Shown here: piece by piece, positions 38,901 through 48,699 of the stretch
Position numbering within the stretch: position 1 is the stretch's first letter
Layout of the letters: every line of letters begins with the position of its first letter
Assembly (NCBI RefSeq): GCF_001194135.2
Contig: NC_068985.1
Location: forward strand, 98,446,550 to 98,505,663
Direction: 5' to 3'
Length of the DNA stretch: 59,114 nucleotides
Source: Octopus bimaculoides
Taxonomy: Eukaryota
The notes under the pieces: model-generated
Databases searched by the model: none
Seen by the model: only the letters and a program-made list of their open reading frames with translations
What the model was told of the DNA's origin: nothing
Made by a program: the position numbers and the translations under genes

Positions 38901-40881
38901 GAGTATATAGCAGGGAGCAAGAGATGGTGGAAATAAAGGGACGATGATGTAAGCTACAACTGGGTTTGGTTAACGCTGTAGAATTTCACAATGCAGAGAA
39001 ACAACTGAAGGCTAAGTTTTGGTCCTTTTTAGTATGCCATTTTTTTTTTCTTCCTCAATGAAAATCTATGAGGTTAATTTAGTTGATATAAAATTTTTTA
39101 AAATAAATATACGCAACATTTATTTCAGAGAAAAAGGATGCCGACAATGTGAAACAACAACCCTGGAAATTATGAGGTAAGAAAAATGTTTTCCTTGTAC
39201 CTTGTTGAATTTTAGCTGGACTGAAACATTGGTCTGTGTACAGTCATTCCCTTTGCATAAAAGTCATGTTCTTTTCAAAATATTCTCCAAATAGCATTTG
39301 TTGTCCAAACTGTCGATTACTGGAACACATTCCTCTTTGGGGATTTCCCTGATTTCTCCTGTGATTGCTGCCTGCAGTTCACCGATCATTTGAATTTGGG
39401 GGTTGTTCTGGTAAACCTCCTTGAGATACCCCCACAGATAATCTGGTGGGTTCAAGTCCAGTGAATGCAGTGCCCTCTCAGCATCACACTTCCTGATGAT
39501 CAGTCTCTCCTGAAATCGCTCTCTCATCCAGATTAGGGAGTCATTTGATGTGTGGAGGGTGGCCCCGTTTTGCTGGAACCACTGTTCATCTTGATCTTTC
39601 CCTCTACGTCATTTTTTTCAAACTGTTTCATTCAAAGTTTTGGGTGTTCTGTTTTTGTGGGTCACTTTGTACATTGGTGTCGTTTGTGCAGCATTGTGTC
39701 TGATTATGTTATTTTAATACCCATGATTTATGCTTGCATTGGTCAGATGGAATTTCCTGTTATCAAGTAAGGTGATGAGTCTCCAATGTTAGAAATGTTG
39801 TCATTGATGGCTAGTGCAGTGGATGCTGGCTTGCACGATGGTGACACTTCCTTACTACTATGATTCTCTATCAAGGCAAAGAAATGGTAACACACACACA
39901 CGCACGCACGCACGCACGCACGCTCGCTCGCTCGTTTCACGTCCGCTTTCCATGCTAGCATGGCTTGGACAATTTAATTGAGGACTGGTGAAGCCGGATG
40001 GCAACACCAGGCTCCAATCTAATTTGGCAAAGTTTCTACAGCTGGATGCCCTTCCTAACGCCAACCACTCAGAGTGTAGTGGCTGCTTTTACGTGTCGCC
40101 CGCACGAAAACGGCCACGCTCGAAATGGTGTCTTTTATGTGCCACCCGCACAAGAGCCAATCCATGGGCACTGGCAAATATATATATATATGACATGTTT
40201 TTTACAGTTTGTGCTTACCAAATCCACTAACAAGGCTTTGTTCAGTTAGGGGCTGAAGTAGGTGATACTTTAAGACAGACCTAAACCATATGGCTGGAAA
40301 GCAAACTTCTTGCCACATTTACACCTCATCTAATGGTAATAATTTAGACAGAATACCTGGAGTAGTTTTGAGATGGCTAGTCAAAGAAATGTTCTAGCTC
40401 TCTCTCTGTTAGTTAGACATTGAAGTACCAGAGGAATCGTGAAGACAAAAGTCGTACAGGAGAATTATTTACGGCTGGTTTTCTGGTTTAGGCTGTTATC
40501 AGAATCTCTGTTCTTATGGAATTGTCTAACAACAAAATGTGCTGCAATATGTGCTACCCACGGTTGTCTGCAGAGCAACTGGGACAAAGGATCTTGTAAA
40601 GAAAGGTAATACAGATCGTAGGATATGGCTAGACAACTCGAGATTGATTCAAACATTGCAGTTCATAGAGCGCCGCACGCACGCATGCAATCGTAATAGA
40701 TACTTGGTCTAAGGGAGGTAACTAGTCTATGCAATGTTTTGATTTTCTCGGTACTGGGTTAGCAAATGAATTCGTTCCTCCCCCCCCCCCCCTTTCTTGG
40801 TACTCCATCGCCATATGTCTGAAAACGAGTAGAATTTATTCAAATTTCAAAAGCGATAAACAAAGGTTATAGAGGCCGAAT

Positions 40882-40912
<31 letters not shown>

Positions 40913-43580
40913 GTTACAAAGCACTGATAAAAATATTTTTCATATTCAATTAACTTGGGAAAGGTGTAAATAGAAAAAAACAAAAAAACCCACCGAATTT
41001 ATCTGACAAATATTTTAAAATTGAGGACTTCATTTTCCCTCCATTTCATAAAATGTTTTCAGTTAATCCATAATTCTTTGAAATAATTTTAAAATTGAAA
41101 TCAAGATTTTTTAACGATATAAACATGAGATATTTCAAAGTCTTTCAGGTATTTTTTCAAAGAATTTACTTGTCGGGTGAAAAATCATTTTTACAAACAT
41201 TAAGATTTTTTTAGGATATACACGATGACTTGCATATTCTTTAAGTTTTTGCAGATTTGAACACAAATATGCTAATTACTATTGCTTGCCATTGTAATGG
41301 AATATAAACGTAAAATGTACAATCTCCGTTTACTTTTCCCCTGTCTTTGTAGCCTAAAGTCTGCAATATTTTCATTTACAATCAACACATAAAAATATTA
41401 TTGGTTTCAAACAAAAAACTTACTTTTGAAAGCATTAACGTACTTTTCATTTTACCCTTATTTTCCAAACAGACCAGGATTTGTCCGGTTAAATTTGCCC
41501 TATTTTTATGATGACCACACAATTGATTACATCATTGATGCTGTGGATACAGTGGCAACACATGGCTGGAAATTTCTGCCATATGTAAGTTAAAATTGAT
41601 ATTCTAATACTGTGAATAATAGTGTCAGTGTAAAGTTTAGTAAGGCATTTACTTTGCAAAGATCTATAGATGGAATTGTGATCTAGAACGTCGGGGTTAC
41701 CATCTAATAACGACTCTGTTCAGAAGGCTGCAATAATACATGTGCCAGTGAGGGAAAAGAAACACAACCAAGTAGAATGTTTGAGATGATTTCTTTATAT
41801 ATTAACATGTGTCTGTGCGTCATGTATACAGAATAATAGACAGGCCGTCATGAGAACAAAGTGTGTGTATTGGTATATATGTATGTGTGGGCGTTAAATA
41901 CATATAAGAATAGCAATAAAGAAGACAGTCTATACTGAGAAGTTAGAAGAATGGTTAGACACGAGAAATGAGAGTATGAATTCGTTGTCAATTGTACATC
42001 GTAATTGAAATACTGTATCAAGAAGTTGCGGCGAGCTGGCAGAATCGTTAGCACGCCGGGCGAAATGTTTGTCGGTATTTCGTCTGCTGCTACGTTCTGA
42101 GTTCAAATTCCGCCGAGGTCGACTTTGCCTTTTATCCTTTTGGGGTCGATTAAATAAGTACCAGTTACGCACTGGGATCGATATAATCGACTTAATCCGT
42201 TTGTCTGTCCTTGTTTGACCCCTCTATATTTAGCCCCTTGTGGGCAATAAAGAAATAAGAAGTTGCGGTGATGATGCTGAGCCAGTTGCAGTACGTGTCA
42301 TACGATGTTGTGGCTGTAATGCTGCTGCCTGGGTCACATGTACAGAAGTTCTCACAGGTTGTATATTTGCTGTTAACCATTGTGGAGTAATTCACAAACA
42401 GTGCTAGGTTGGAACCTGAACAATATTGCTTGAGCTGTGTACGTAGAGAGATGATGTTGACGATGTTATGATGAAGATGGTGGCAATGAAGAAGGAGATT
42501 GCCATAATGCTGTTGGACAGATGTTGTCCTCTGGCTCGCAGGTTGCGCATTTGCTGTTGACCCCTGGTGAAGTAATTCATGAACAGTGCTGTGTTTGAAG
42601 ATGGAGCTCGTGACAAGAGTTCTGGACACCTTTGCTTTGGAGGACTTTCATGAGGCCTTCACAAAATGACTGGAGTGCTACCAAAAGCATTAAAGTAAGA
42701 ATACATTGAAGGAGATTAGTTTATTTTAGAGATTGTCTTTTTTTACCACTTTGAAATGATAAATGTCACTTCTGAAAACTTCTGCAATGCATTGTGTTTA
42801 ATTATTTTTAGCTGAAACATTGGTGAGAAAACCAGTCAATGTGAGCAATAAAACTAAATAAACTCAATCTTTAGTATTTGCCCTCCTTAAGTTTCAAACA
42901 CTTTTATGTTGCTTTTGCCTATTTCAAATATAGTAAACCAGGGATAGACCTATTAGGAACCTATAACCAAAAACACTTCACAAAATGCAATACAGTGCAT
43001 TATTATACTTCTACAAAAAGGATGGTGACATTGACTTTGAAGTTTTGGCATGAATTTTGAACATTTTCAGATCTTCAGAAATGTTACCCTGAAGCATACT
43101 TTCGAGTTCCTGATAAAAGAAACCAAAGTCTGTTATAGATTGAGGCTAATTAAGACAAATGGTAAAAAAAAAATGTCAAATAATATTTTGACAACTTGCT
43201 TCAGGTTTAGCAATATTTCCTATGACTATTTCCCAGTTTTTGTGTTAGTGGAAAAGTGAAACAATCAAATAATAATTTCCCCCAATGAATTGACTAAATG
43301 CCATAAACTGCTATACCTAGATGCAAATTCATCGCTGCTAAACTGCATTAAAAAAAATTATTTTGCACTGTATCATTATTTGGGATGAGAACTGGATATC
43401 ATTTGACAATAATAAATGCTCTGGACAATGATTAGATGCAGACAAGTTTCCAAACATGGGTCATCATAACACTGTTTGCCTCAAGAATATCATAAGCACA
43501 CATGAGATAGGCTGACTTCAATCTTATTCATCAACTTCTTGCTGTATGATAATATCATAACTACATTATAAAGCTAATTT

Positions 43581-43612
<32 letters not shown>

Positions 43613-43814
43613 CTTTTCTGGCTTCTTCACAGTATAACTGCAATGCTCATACAGGTTCTTGGACCCATGAAAAATTTTCTTCTCACTTTGGTGAAGCATT
43701 TTTTAGTCTTGAAGATATTGCATATGAATATGGAGCTTTTGTGAACAAAAACAAATGTCCAACATCTTTAGCTATTGATTATGATTTAAAGGTAATTTAT
43801 AATTTTAGTGTAAT

Positions 43815-43856
<42 letters not shown>

Positions 43857-46360
43857 CCTTCTTACAATTTGAGGGTACACCACAAGACCTCTTGACTATC
43901 ATCTTTCCTCTTATTCCCACTAATAACGGAGCTTCAGTAAGGGGTCATAGGTTTGACCTATCCCCCTCTAACTCTGACAATAAACAAAAAATACTTCAAG
44001 CTGTACATACCTATATTGTAATAATTCTATTTTGTGTAATCTAACTTAAAATGTTAAGGGGTATACATTTGTTCACATTTAACACATATTTTTATCTCCT
44101 TCTAGGATATTGCGAATGACATGAAGATTATTATCAATTCAACAGAGAAGCTTCTTGCGGTTAGTTAATCTGTTTTATCTCTTTGCTTAATTTATTTCCA
44201 TTTGTTGTGCAATCAATTACTTTGTGTAACATCAGTCATAGAAAAGATTAATCGTTTGATTTCTTGTCTTTGCAATTTGCTCAGTAGGTCAATTTAATGA
44301 GGCCTAACTTTTCCCTCTACTTTGTAAGCAATGATGCTGTTATTACATCTGATATGAAGAAATTCTGGCTTTAAAAGGAAACCAGCAAATAAACTTGCTC
44401 TGTCTGGCTAGTGTGTGTGTGTGTGCGTGTGTGTGTGTGTGTGTGAGTGAGTGCATGTGGGAGTGCAGGCATGGCTGAGTGGTAAAGACTTGTTTCCCAC
44501 CCATGCAGTCACAGGTTCGGTCTCGCTATGTGGCACAAAGAATGAGTGTTTTCTGCTATAGCTCTAGGTCAACCAAAACCTTGTAATAGGATTTGGTAGA
44601 AAGAAACTAAAAGAAGCCCATTGTATGTACGTGCATGTGTGCCATTGTCTTGACATTACATTATAATTATAAATGTGATCATGCAAGTGATGTTTTGTTC
44701 CCAGTCTTTTGTGAAAAACATGTCTGGCCATGTAGAAAGACTAACTTGCTTGGAAACAGGTAAGGTTTGGTGGCACTTAAAACTCAAAGTATTTTGTTTT
44801 TTATACAAACATCAGAGTAACAGAAATAACATGGCACTACAGCATGATGTAACAGCTTCAGTTATATAAATATATTTACACAGGTTGAGAGGAAATTGAA
44901 AATTTTATCTGAAGTTTCATAATGAATTGCAATTGTGTCTTGTACAAAGTTTAATACTGCAGCATTGCTGCCTTTCAGATGGCTAAAACCTTGTGAGTAA
45001 AGGTCTATATTCTTTTACTTGTTTTAGTCATTTGACTGTGGCCATGCTGGAGCATCACCTTTTAGTCGAACAAATTGACCCCAGGGCTTATTCTTTGTAA
45101 ACCTAGTACTTCTTCTGTTGGTTACTTTTTGCTGAACCACTGTTACAGGGATGGAGACACACCATCGGTTGTCATGTGATGCTGGACACATGCAGGCACA
45201 CACACGACTGGCTTCTTCCAGTTTTCCATCTACCATATTCAATCGCAAGGCTTTGGTTGGCCTGAAAGCTATACTAAAAGACACTTGCCCATGCAGTGGG
45301 ATTGAACCAGGAACCGTGTGGTTGGGAAGCAAGTTTCTTACCACACATCCACTCTTGGAATAGAGGAAATTGTGCCAAAAACCTTCCAGATGGGTTGGAC
45401 CTGTTCCTATCAGGTAGATTCAACCTGTTCATCAGTTTATAACCTCCATCTGGCCATAGCATTTAGACCAGATTTGTGGTCTGGAAATGTCTGTCCCTTA
45501 ATCCTACCATTCTTTGAGCCCACAGGTAATATGTAATACCTTTTCTTCCCTAACTATATAAGAAAGGTGAGTTATAAGCACAGGTATGGCTGTGTGGTTG
45601 AGAAGCCTGCTTTGCAGTCACAAGGTCTTGTTCAGTCTAACTGCATGGCATCTTGGGCAAGTGTCTGCTTCTATAGCCCTAGGCCGACCTATGCCATGTG
45701 AGTAAACTTGATAGACAGAAACTGTGTGGAAGCGGCAAGCAGGCAGAAACATTACCCCGCCGGGCGAAATGCTTAGCTGTATTTCGTCTGCCGTTGCGTT
45801 CTGAGTTCAAATTCCACTGAGATCGACTTTGCCTTTCATCCTTTCGGGATCGATAAATTAAGTACCAGTTACGCACTGGGGTCGATGTAATCGACTTAAT
45901 CCCTTTATCTGTCCTTGTTTGTCCCTTGTGTTTAGCCCCTTCTGGGCAATAAAGGAATAGGAAACTGCATCGAAGCCTATGCATGTCTGTAATAGCAGTT
46001 CAGTGAAAGAATCTAGTACAGTAAATGCCAGATTTAAAAATAAAAACAAATGTATTGGGGTTGAAAAGATATTTAACTGACAATTTTTTAAAATTTTTTA
46101 AAATTTTTTTTTTTAAGATGGAAACTGATGCACACAAAAATAACATTGAAGATCACATTCCTGAGGATAAAAAGTTTCTGCTTTGGTTTCTTACACCTCG
46201 GGAAGCCGCATCATACTTGATCAATGGAGAATATTCATCTATAAGTACCACAAAATATCCTAATTCAAGCGATATGGTCTTTCTACCTCGAACCCTATCT
46301 CAGAGAAAACTTAGCATTGACCCAGCCTACTTAAAATCTTGTGAAGCCTTACACCACTGA
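19351..46360 (+). CDS. Spliced gene (19 coding exons, 620 aa): PLP-dependent aminotransferase class V, SufS-like probable cysteine desulfurase
   Basis: Manually spliced exons sum to 1863 nt (621 codons including the stop) with consistent phases and AG acceptors; all donors are GT except one GC. The protein begins MDVLLFKYIHDSIIGKDLTFQGPYGPVKIVYCDFTASGRCLSFIEDY and ends LKSCEALHH*. It contains the PLP lysine motif SPHK and the catalytic-cysteine motif RGGCACAG. The start codon could be extended by an unseen upstream coding exon, because the frame is open back to the acceptor at 19312. Confidence 0.93.
19451..19804 (-). mobile_element. SINE family B, near full length
   Basis: Head complement at 19740-19804 (gggactgaaccc..cttaccaca) and tail complement ttttacttgtttcagtcatttgac. 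Confidence 0.88.
20155..20185 (+). CDS. Coding exon 2, 31 nt (IVYCDFTASG-R)
   Basis: Acceptor ttttctttttcag, donor gtaagt. Encodes the class V D..AS motif. Confidence 0.92.
20375..20700 (+). mobile_element. tRNA-derived SINE (degenerate)
   Basis: A-box catggcccagtg, B-box gagttcaattcc, then gtgttcttaagcaagacacttta. Confidence 0.65.
21765..21881 (+). CDS. Coding exon 3 (CLSFIEDYIRKYVMPFYGNTHTTTSINSRQTSCFRDDA-R)
   Basis: Acceptor ccttctcacag, donor gttagt. Contains the YGNTH motif. Confidence 0.95.
23694..23826 (+). CDS. Coding exon 4 (NIIKECVNASNDDVVIFTGNGCTGAIHKLIGGLNLKNSTSLDKT)
   Basis: Acceptor ttttaacag, donor gtaagt. IFTG.G.TGAI is the PLP phosphate-binding segment. Confidence 0.95.
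24484..24704 (+). mobile_element. SINE family A, tail type i
   Basis: Tail gccccttgtgggcagtaaagaaataag. TSD aagaatgcatggagtg at 24468-24483 and 24705-24720. Confidence 0.9.
24907..25140. repeat. Two-copy local tandem duplication, period 134 bp
   Basis: gtgctaaaaataacagctaaat at 24907 and 25041, with shared gctatcacattaaatgcat and caaaagacat. Confidence 0.85.
25476..25541 (+). CDS. Coding exon 5 (VVIISPYEHYSNMLPWKELGVT)
   Basis: Acceptor tcattacag, donor gtgagt. EHxSN.LPW motif. Confidence 0.95.
25730..26045 (-). mobile_element. SINE family B, degenerate, with an internal (CA)n microsatellite
   Basis: catgcagtagaactgaaccc head complement; (ca)n at about 25872-25922. Confidence 0.6.
26670..26735 (+). 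CDS. Coding exon 6 (ISRIKETNHGLIDLDHLEEELK)
   Basis: Acceptor attttgtag, donor gtttga. G.IDL..LE..L motif; phase 0 at both ends. Confidence 0.9.
28092..28233 (+). CDS. Coding exon 7 (KWSKKSFDIIVAFSAASNVTGIITDTEKVTRLVHKYGGLSFWDYATS), GC donor
   Basis: Acceptor ttttttacag. Contains FSAASNVTG and WDYA. Only the cag|gcatgt donor keeps the frame into exon 8. Confidence 0.93.
28658..28700 (+). CDS. Coding exon 8 (APYVDIDMNPADEA-A)
   Basis: Acceptor ttttaaaacag, donor gtaagt. APYV.IDMNP motif. Confidence 0.93.
30214..30272 (+). CDS. Coding exon 9 (HKDAVYLSPHKFVGGPGTP-G); PLP-binding Lys codon 30245-30247
   Basis: Acceptor tatatttaag, donor gtaagt. SPHK is the Schiff-base lysine motif. Confidence 0.96.
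30510..30553 (-). ncRNA. Second hammerhead-like motif on the opposite arm
   Basis: Minus strand acacCTGATGAaggctggagggtatatcagccGAAACgta. Confidence 0.65.
30812..30858 (+). ncRNA. Minimal hammerhead ribozyme-like motif (Penelope-type), probably degenerate
   Basis: CTGATGA 30818-30824, stem II ggctg/cagcc 30826-30845, GAAAC 30846-30850, GTA 30851-30853. The 3' strand of stem I does not pair in this copy. Confidence 0.65.
31716..31789 (+). CDS. Coding exon 10 (LLIAKTKLFKNPVPDSVGGGTALF)
   Basis: Acceptor gtctttacag, donor gtaagt. GGGT motif. Confidence 0.95.
32955..33065 (+). CDS. Coding exon 11 (VTRDTHLYLKDIESREEGGTPGIIEAIRAGLIFQLKR)
   Basis: Acceptor ttttctgaaag, donor gtttct. REEGGTP motif. 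Confidence 0.95.
33340..33490 (+). mobile_element. SINE family D 3' part (tail ccaacccatgccagcatggaaa..gatgat)
   Basis: gggcatcctgctgtagaaacc..ccatccaacccatgccagcatggaaaacg. The same tail occurs at 36588 and 39935 on the minus strand. Confidence 0.7.
33998..34044 (+). CDS. Coding exon 12 (SVGTDNIDLRDEDLC-S)
   Basis: Acceptor atattacag, donor gtgagt. Phases 0 and 2 fit the neighbouring exons. Confidence 0.88.
34253..34466 (+). mobile_element. SINE family A, tail type ii
   Basis: Intact head ggcggcgagctggcagaatc. 19-bp TSD cattattaatctggtgttt at 34234-34252 and 34467-34485. Confidence 0.9.
35418..35622 (+). CDS. Coding exon 13 (RAFKKW...RLPIFSFIVKH...LHHNFVSAVLNDMYGIQARGGCACAGPYAI); putative catalytic Cys codon 35602-35604
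   Basis: Acceptor tattttacag, donor gtatgt. LND.YGIQ.RGGC.CAGPY is equivalent to the SufS RxGHHCA motif. Confidence 0.96.
36588..36940 (-). mobile_element. SINE family D copy
   Basis: (cat)n tail then cgtttaacgtcc..ttccatgctagcatgggttggacg. Highly similar to 39935-40175. Confidence 0.82.
37382..37449 (+). CDS. Coding exon 14 (DLLGISEELFAKFSWFLKDHED-I)
   Basis: Acceptor caaatttcag, donor gtaagt. DLLGI directly follows CAGPY in this family. Confidence 0.9.
39129..39176 (+). CDS. Coding exon 15 (EKGCRQCETTTLEIM-R)
   Basis: Acceptor tttatttcag, donor gtaaga. Phase 2 at both ends links it to RPG in exon 16. Confidence 0.85.
39264..39830 (-). mobile_element. Tc1/mariner transposase fragment (catalytic C-terminal half)
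   Basis: Minus translation WFQQNGATLHTSNDSLIWMRERFQERLI...HSLDLNPPDYLWGYLK, matching WFQQDGA..HT...WP..SPDLNP.DF.LWG.LK. Confidence 0.88.
39935..40175 (-). mobile_element. SINE family D copy next to an (ACGC)n microsatellite
   Basis: cgtccgctttccatgctagcatgg..ggatgcccttcctaacgccaacc, shared with the 36588 copy. Confidence 0.82.
41473..41584 (+). CDS. Coding exon 16 (PGFVRLNLPYFYDDHTIDYIIDAVDTVATHGWKFLPY)
   Basis: Acceptor ttccaaacag, donor gtaagt. RPG.VR.N..YF and GWK.LP motifs. Confidence 0.95.
42028..42260 (+). mobile_element. SINE family A, tail type i, young (CpGs retained)
   Basis: Full head, core and tail. TSD aagaagttgcgg at 42020-42031 and 42257-42268. Confidence 0.93.
42605..42790 (+). 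mobile_element. Mariner transposase extreme C-terminal fragment plus terminal sequence
   Basis: Translates VTRVLDTFALEDFHEAFTK*LECY, matching the mariner ending F...F.KW.ER..KC. Confidence 0.6.
43633..43791 (+). CDS. Coding exon 17 (YNCNAHTGSWTHEKF...AIDYDLK)
   Basis: Long polypyrimidine tract ending ttcacag, donor gtaatt. Y...TG.W.H motif; 159 nt open. Confidence 0.9.
44106..44159 (+). CDS. Coding exon 18 (DIANDMKIIINSTEKLLA)
   Basis: Acceptor ctccttctag, donor gttagt, phase 0 at both ends. Weak sequence conservation. Confidence 0.78.
44465..44770 (+). mobile_element. SINE family B copy
   Basis: gcaggcatggctgagtggtaaagacttg..caggttcggtc..gaaactaaaagaagcccattg. Confidence 0.72.
45010..45352 (-). 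mobile_element. SINE family B copy
   Basis: Same structure as 19451-19804. Confidence 0.85.
45734..45960 (+). mobile_element. SINE family A, tail type i, inserted in a family B copy (from about 45580)
   Basis: TSD gaaactg(tg/ca)t(g/c)gaagc at 45718-45733 and 45961-45976. Confidence 0.85.
46118..46360 (+). CDS. Terminal coding exon 19 (METDAHK...LLWFLTPREA...EALHH*)
   Basis: Acceptor tttttttaag. The L.WF..P.EA motif is typical of this family's C-terminus. TGA at 46358-46360. Confidence 0.88.
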   Translation: METDAHKNNIEDHIPEDKKFLLWFLTPREAASYLINGEYSSISTTKYPNSSDMVFLPRTLSQRKLSIDPAYLKSCEALHH

Positions 46361-46453
46361 AGTAATCGTCTTGGCTTGTCTGGTTTTGTCGACTTGATAG
46401 TGAATTGAGAGAAGAGCAAATCTGAAAGTATCACAAGTGGAAAACTGATTAAT

Positions 46454-46680
46454 ACTAAATGCCATTACTATAATTGCTTAACTCATTAGTAGAACAACAA
46501 CAACAACAATCTTCAGATATACTTCCACATATGTTTTACTCACTGCATGTTATACAATTTCAAGATGAAAACTAAATACCACGACTATAATTCCTTAACT
46601 CTTTAGTAGAACAACAATGGTCTTCAGATATGTTTCCACATGTAACATTTTACTTTCTGCATGTTATACTATTTCATATA
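46454..46680 (+). repeat. Two-copy tandem duplication (period 117 bp) in the presumed 3'-UTR
   Basis: actaaat..actataatt..ttaactc.ttagtagaacaacaa..tcttcagatat..ttccacat..ttttact..ctgcatgttatac at 46454 and 46571. Confidence 0.85.
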
Positions 46681-47089
46681 TCTTTATATCACAAGAAAAA
46701 AGAAATTGCTTTTAAATATTTTCATAATTGTGATATAATCAAATAAGAGAAAAAGAAACTTTAAAAATGCCACACACATATATATATATATATANNNNNN
46801 NNNNCCCCCCTGAAGTTGTCTTAGGTTTCTTATACATTTTGTATGAAACAGTTATGTTAAGTATATATGACATTTACTATTTATACTGTCTATTGAATTT
46901 TTATCTTTCAGTGTATTGTAATTATAGATGTATAATTCTAATATCCATTTATAATCATTCGTTTTTATACTTTAGTCTTGTGTAATGAACCGATTTCTTT
47001 ATTCATTATTTTACCATTCTATTATATAAAGTCAACCCTTCTCCACACACGTTTTTCTTTTTCTTTTTTTTTTCTGGTACTTCCTTAAT

Positions 47090-47385
47090 TATGATGAGGG
47101 TTCCCTGTTGATCTAACTGACAGAATAACCTGCTTGTGAAATTAACATGCAAGTGTTTGAGCACTCCAGACATGCATACCCTTAATATAATTCTCAAGTC
47201 TGTCATGCTGAATGTCCCCATGACAAGGCTGGTCCTTTGAAATAGAAATATTACTCATTTTTGCCAGCTGGATAGACTGGAATAACATGAAATAAAGTGT
47301 CCTTTTGGAGGACAATGTGCCACCGGTAATCAAAATCATGACCTTACAATGAGGAGCCAAAACCCCTAACCACTAAGCTACATCC
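47090..47385 (-). mobile_element. SINE family C copy, degenerate
   Basis: gaaattaacatgcaagtg..gagcactcca..tgacaaggctgg..ctttgaa, shared with 5551-5900. Confidence 0.7.
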
Positions 47386-47540
47386 CAACATGTACACCAA
47401 CATGTATTTTCCAAAGGAAGTACTTGGCTAATTTCAGCTTTATAGACGTCAATATCCTGGATGATACTCAGTAGGTGTCTGTAACATCGTCAGAAATGCA
47501 AGTGTTCATTCTGTTTTCCAGGCCAATACTTGGATCTTTT

Positions 47541-47676
47541 TTAAAACAGGGGCCACATTTTTCATTTACGAAGCACTTTGAAACTTGGAACACTGGTAGA
47601 ATGTGTCATATAAAACATCTTTTTCTCTTAGGGATTTCTTTTTTTTTTTTTAAGAAGACTAAGTTATTCCATGTTA
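47541..47676. mobile_element. Second, inverted copy of the 1-357 repeat, cut by an N-gap
   Basis: Reverse complement shares taacatggaataactt and aagatgttttatatgacacattctaccagtgt with 224-320. Confidence 0.75.
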
Positions 47677-48699
47677 NNNNNNNNNNNNNNNNNNNNNNNN
47701 NNNNNNNNNNNNNNNNNNNNNNNNNNNNNNNNNNNNNNNNNNNNNNNNNNNNNNNNNNNNNNNNNNNNNNNNNNNNNNNNNNNNNNNNNNNNNNNNNNNN
47801 NNNNNNNNNNNNNNNNNNNNNNNNNNNNNNNNNNNNNNNNNNNNNNNNNNNNNNNNNNNNNNNNNNNNNNNNNNNNNNNNNNNNNNNNNNNNNNNNNNNN
47901 NNNNNNNNNNNNNNNNNNNNNNNNNNNNNNNNNNNNNNNNNNNNNNNNNNNNNNNNNNNNNNNNNNNNNNNNNNNNNNNNNNNNNNNNNNNNNNNNNNNN
48001 NNNNNNNNNNNNNNNNNNNNNNNNNNNNNNNNNNNNNNNNNNNNNNNNNNNNNNNNNNNNNNNNNNNNNNNNNNNNNNNNNNNNNNNNNNNNNNNNNNNN
48101 NNNNNNNNNNNNNNNNNNNNNNNNNNNNNNNNNNNNNNNNNNNNNNNNNNNNNNNNNNNNNNNNNNNNNNNNNNNNNNNNNNNNNNNNNNNNNNNNNNNN
48201 NNNNNNNNNNNNNNNNNNNAATACTTTTTTCTATTCTCAAAAATATCCAAGTAAAGAAATGTTAAAATTTCGTCTTGTACAAAGACAGTGACCTTTGTTA
48301 TAGTTTCTGCTGAGATAAAGGAAGTGTACCCATAATCGGCAAAGGACCTCCGACATTGGTCAAACTGGAGCAGTTTTTAGCTTGAACTAATGAAGACGAC
48401 ATCCACGGTTGTGGTAGAAGTAGGTAGGAAGACCATTATAGGAGATTGATGTTCTAGAAAAAAAAAAAAAACTAGGCATAGGATTTAGTCCGTCTCTCCC
48501 ACTGGCCCTGGACTGAGTGGGTGTGTAATGAGAGAACTAAAGAGGAAGAGGGTGGTAAGCAATTTTCTAGCTCTGAACAGCAGATTATGGTTTTAAAAGT
48601 GGTTGAAAAGGAAGACTAAAGAGATGACACGTCAGTGAGTGAATTCTGAGAAGTTACCCGGACAGCTTCCTTTTTGAATACAGTATATTATTAATCCTT

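Noticed and set aside
42192-42629. 145-aa minus-strand ORF
   Set aside because: It runs from a mariner fragment into a SINE tail with no recognisable domain.
46025-46117. N-terminal part of the 111-aa ORF 46025-46360
   Set aside because: Intronic AT-rich sequence upstream of the acceptor at 46117; only 46118-46360 is coding.
19351-46360. Gene symbol NFS1, SCLY or MOCOS
   Set aside because: The catalytic motif is RGGCACAG rather than SSGSAC and no MOSC domain is present, so orthology is not supported.
47475-48291. Long ORFs of 188-259 aa in the ORF track
   Set aside because: They consist mainly of X from the N-gap 47677-48219.
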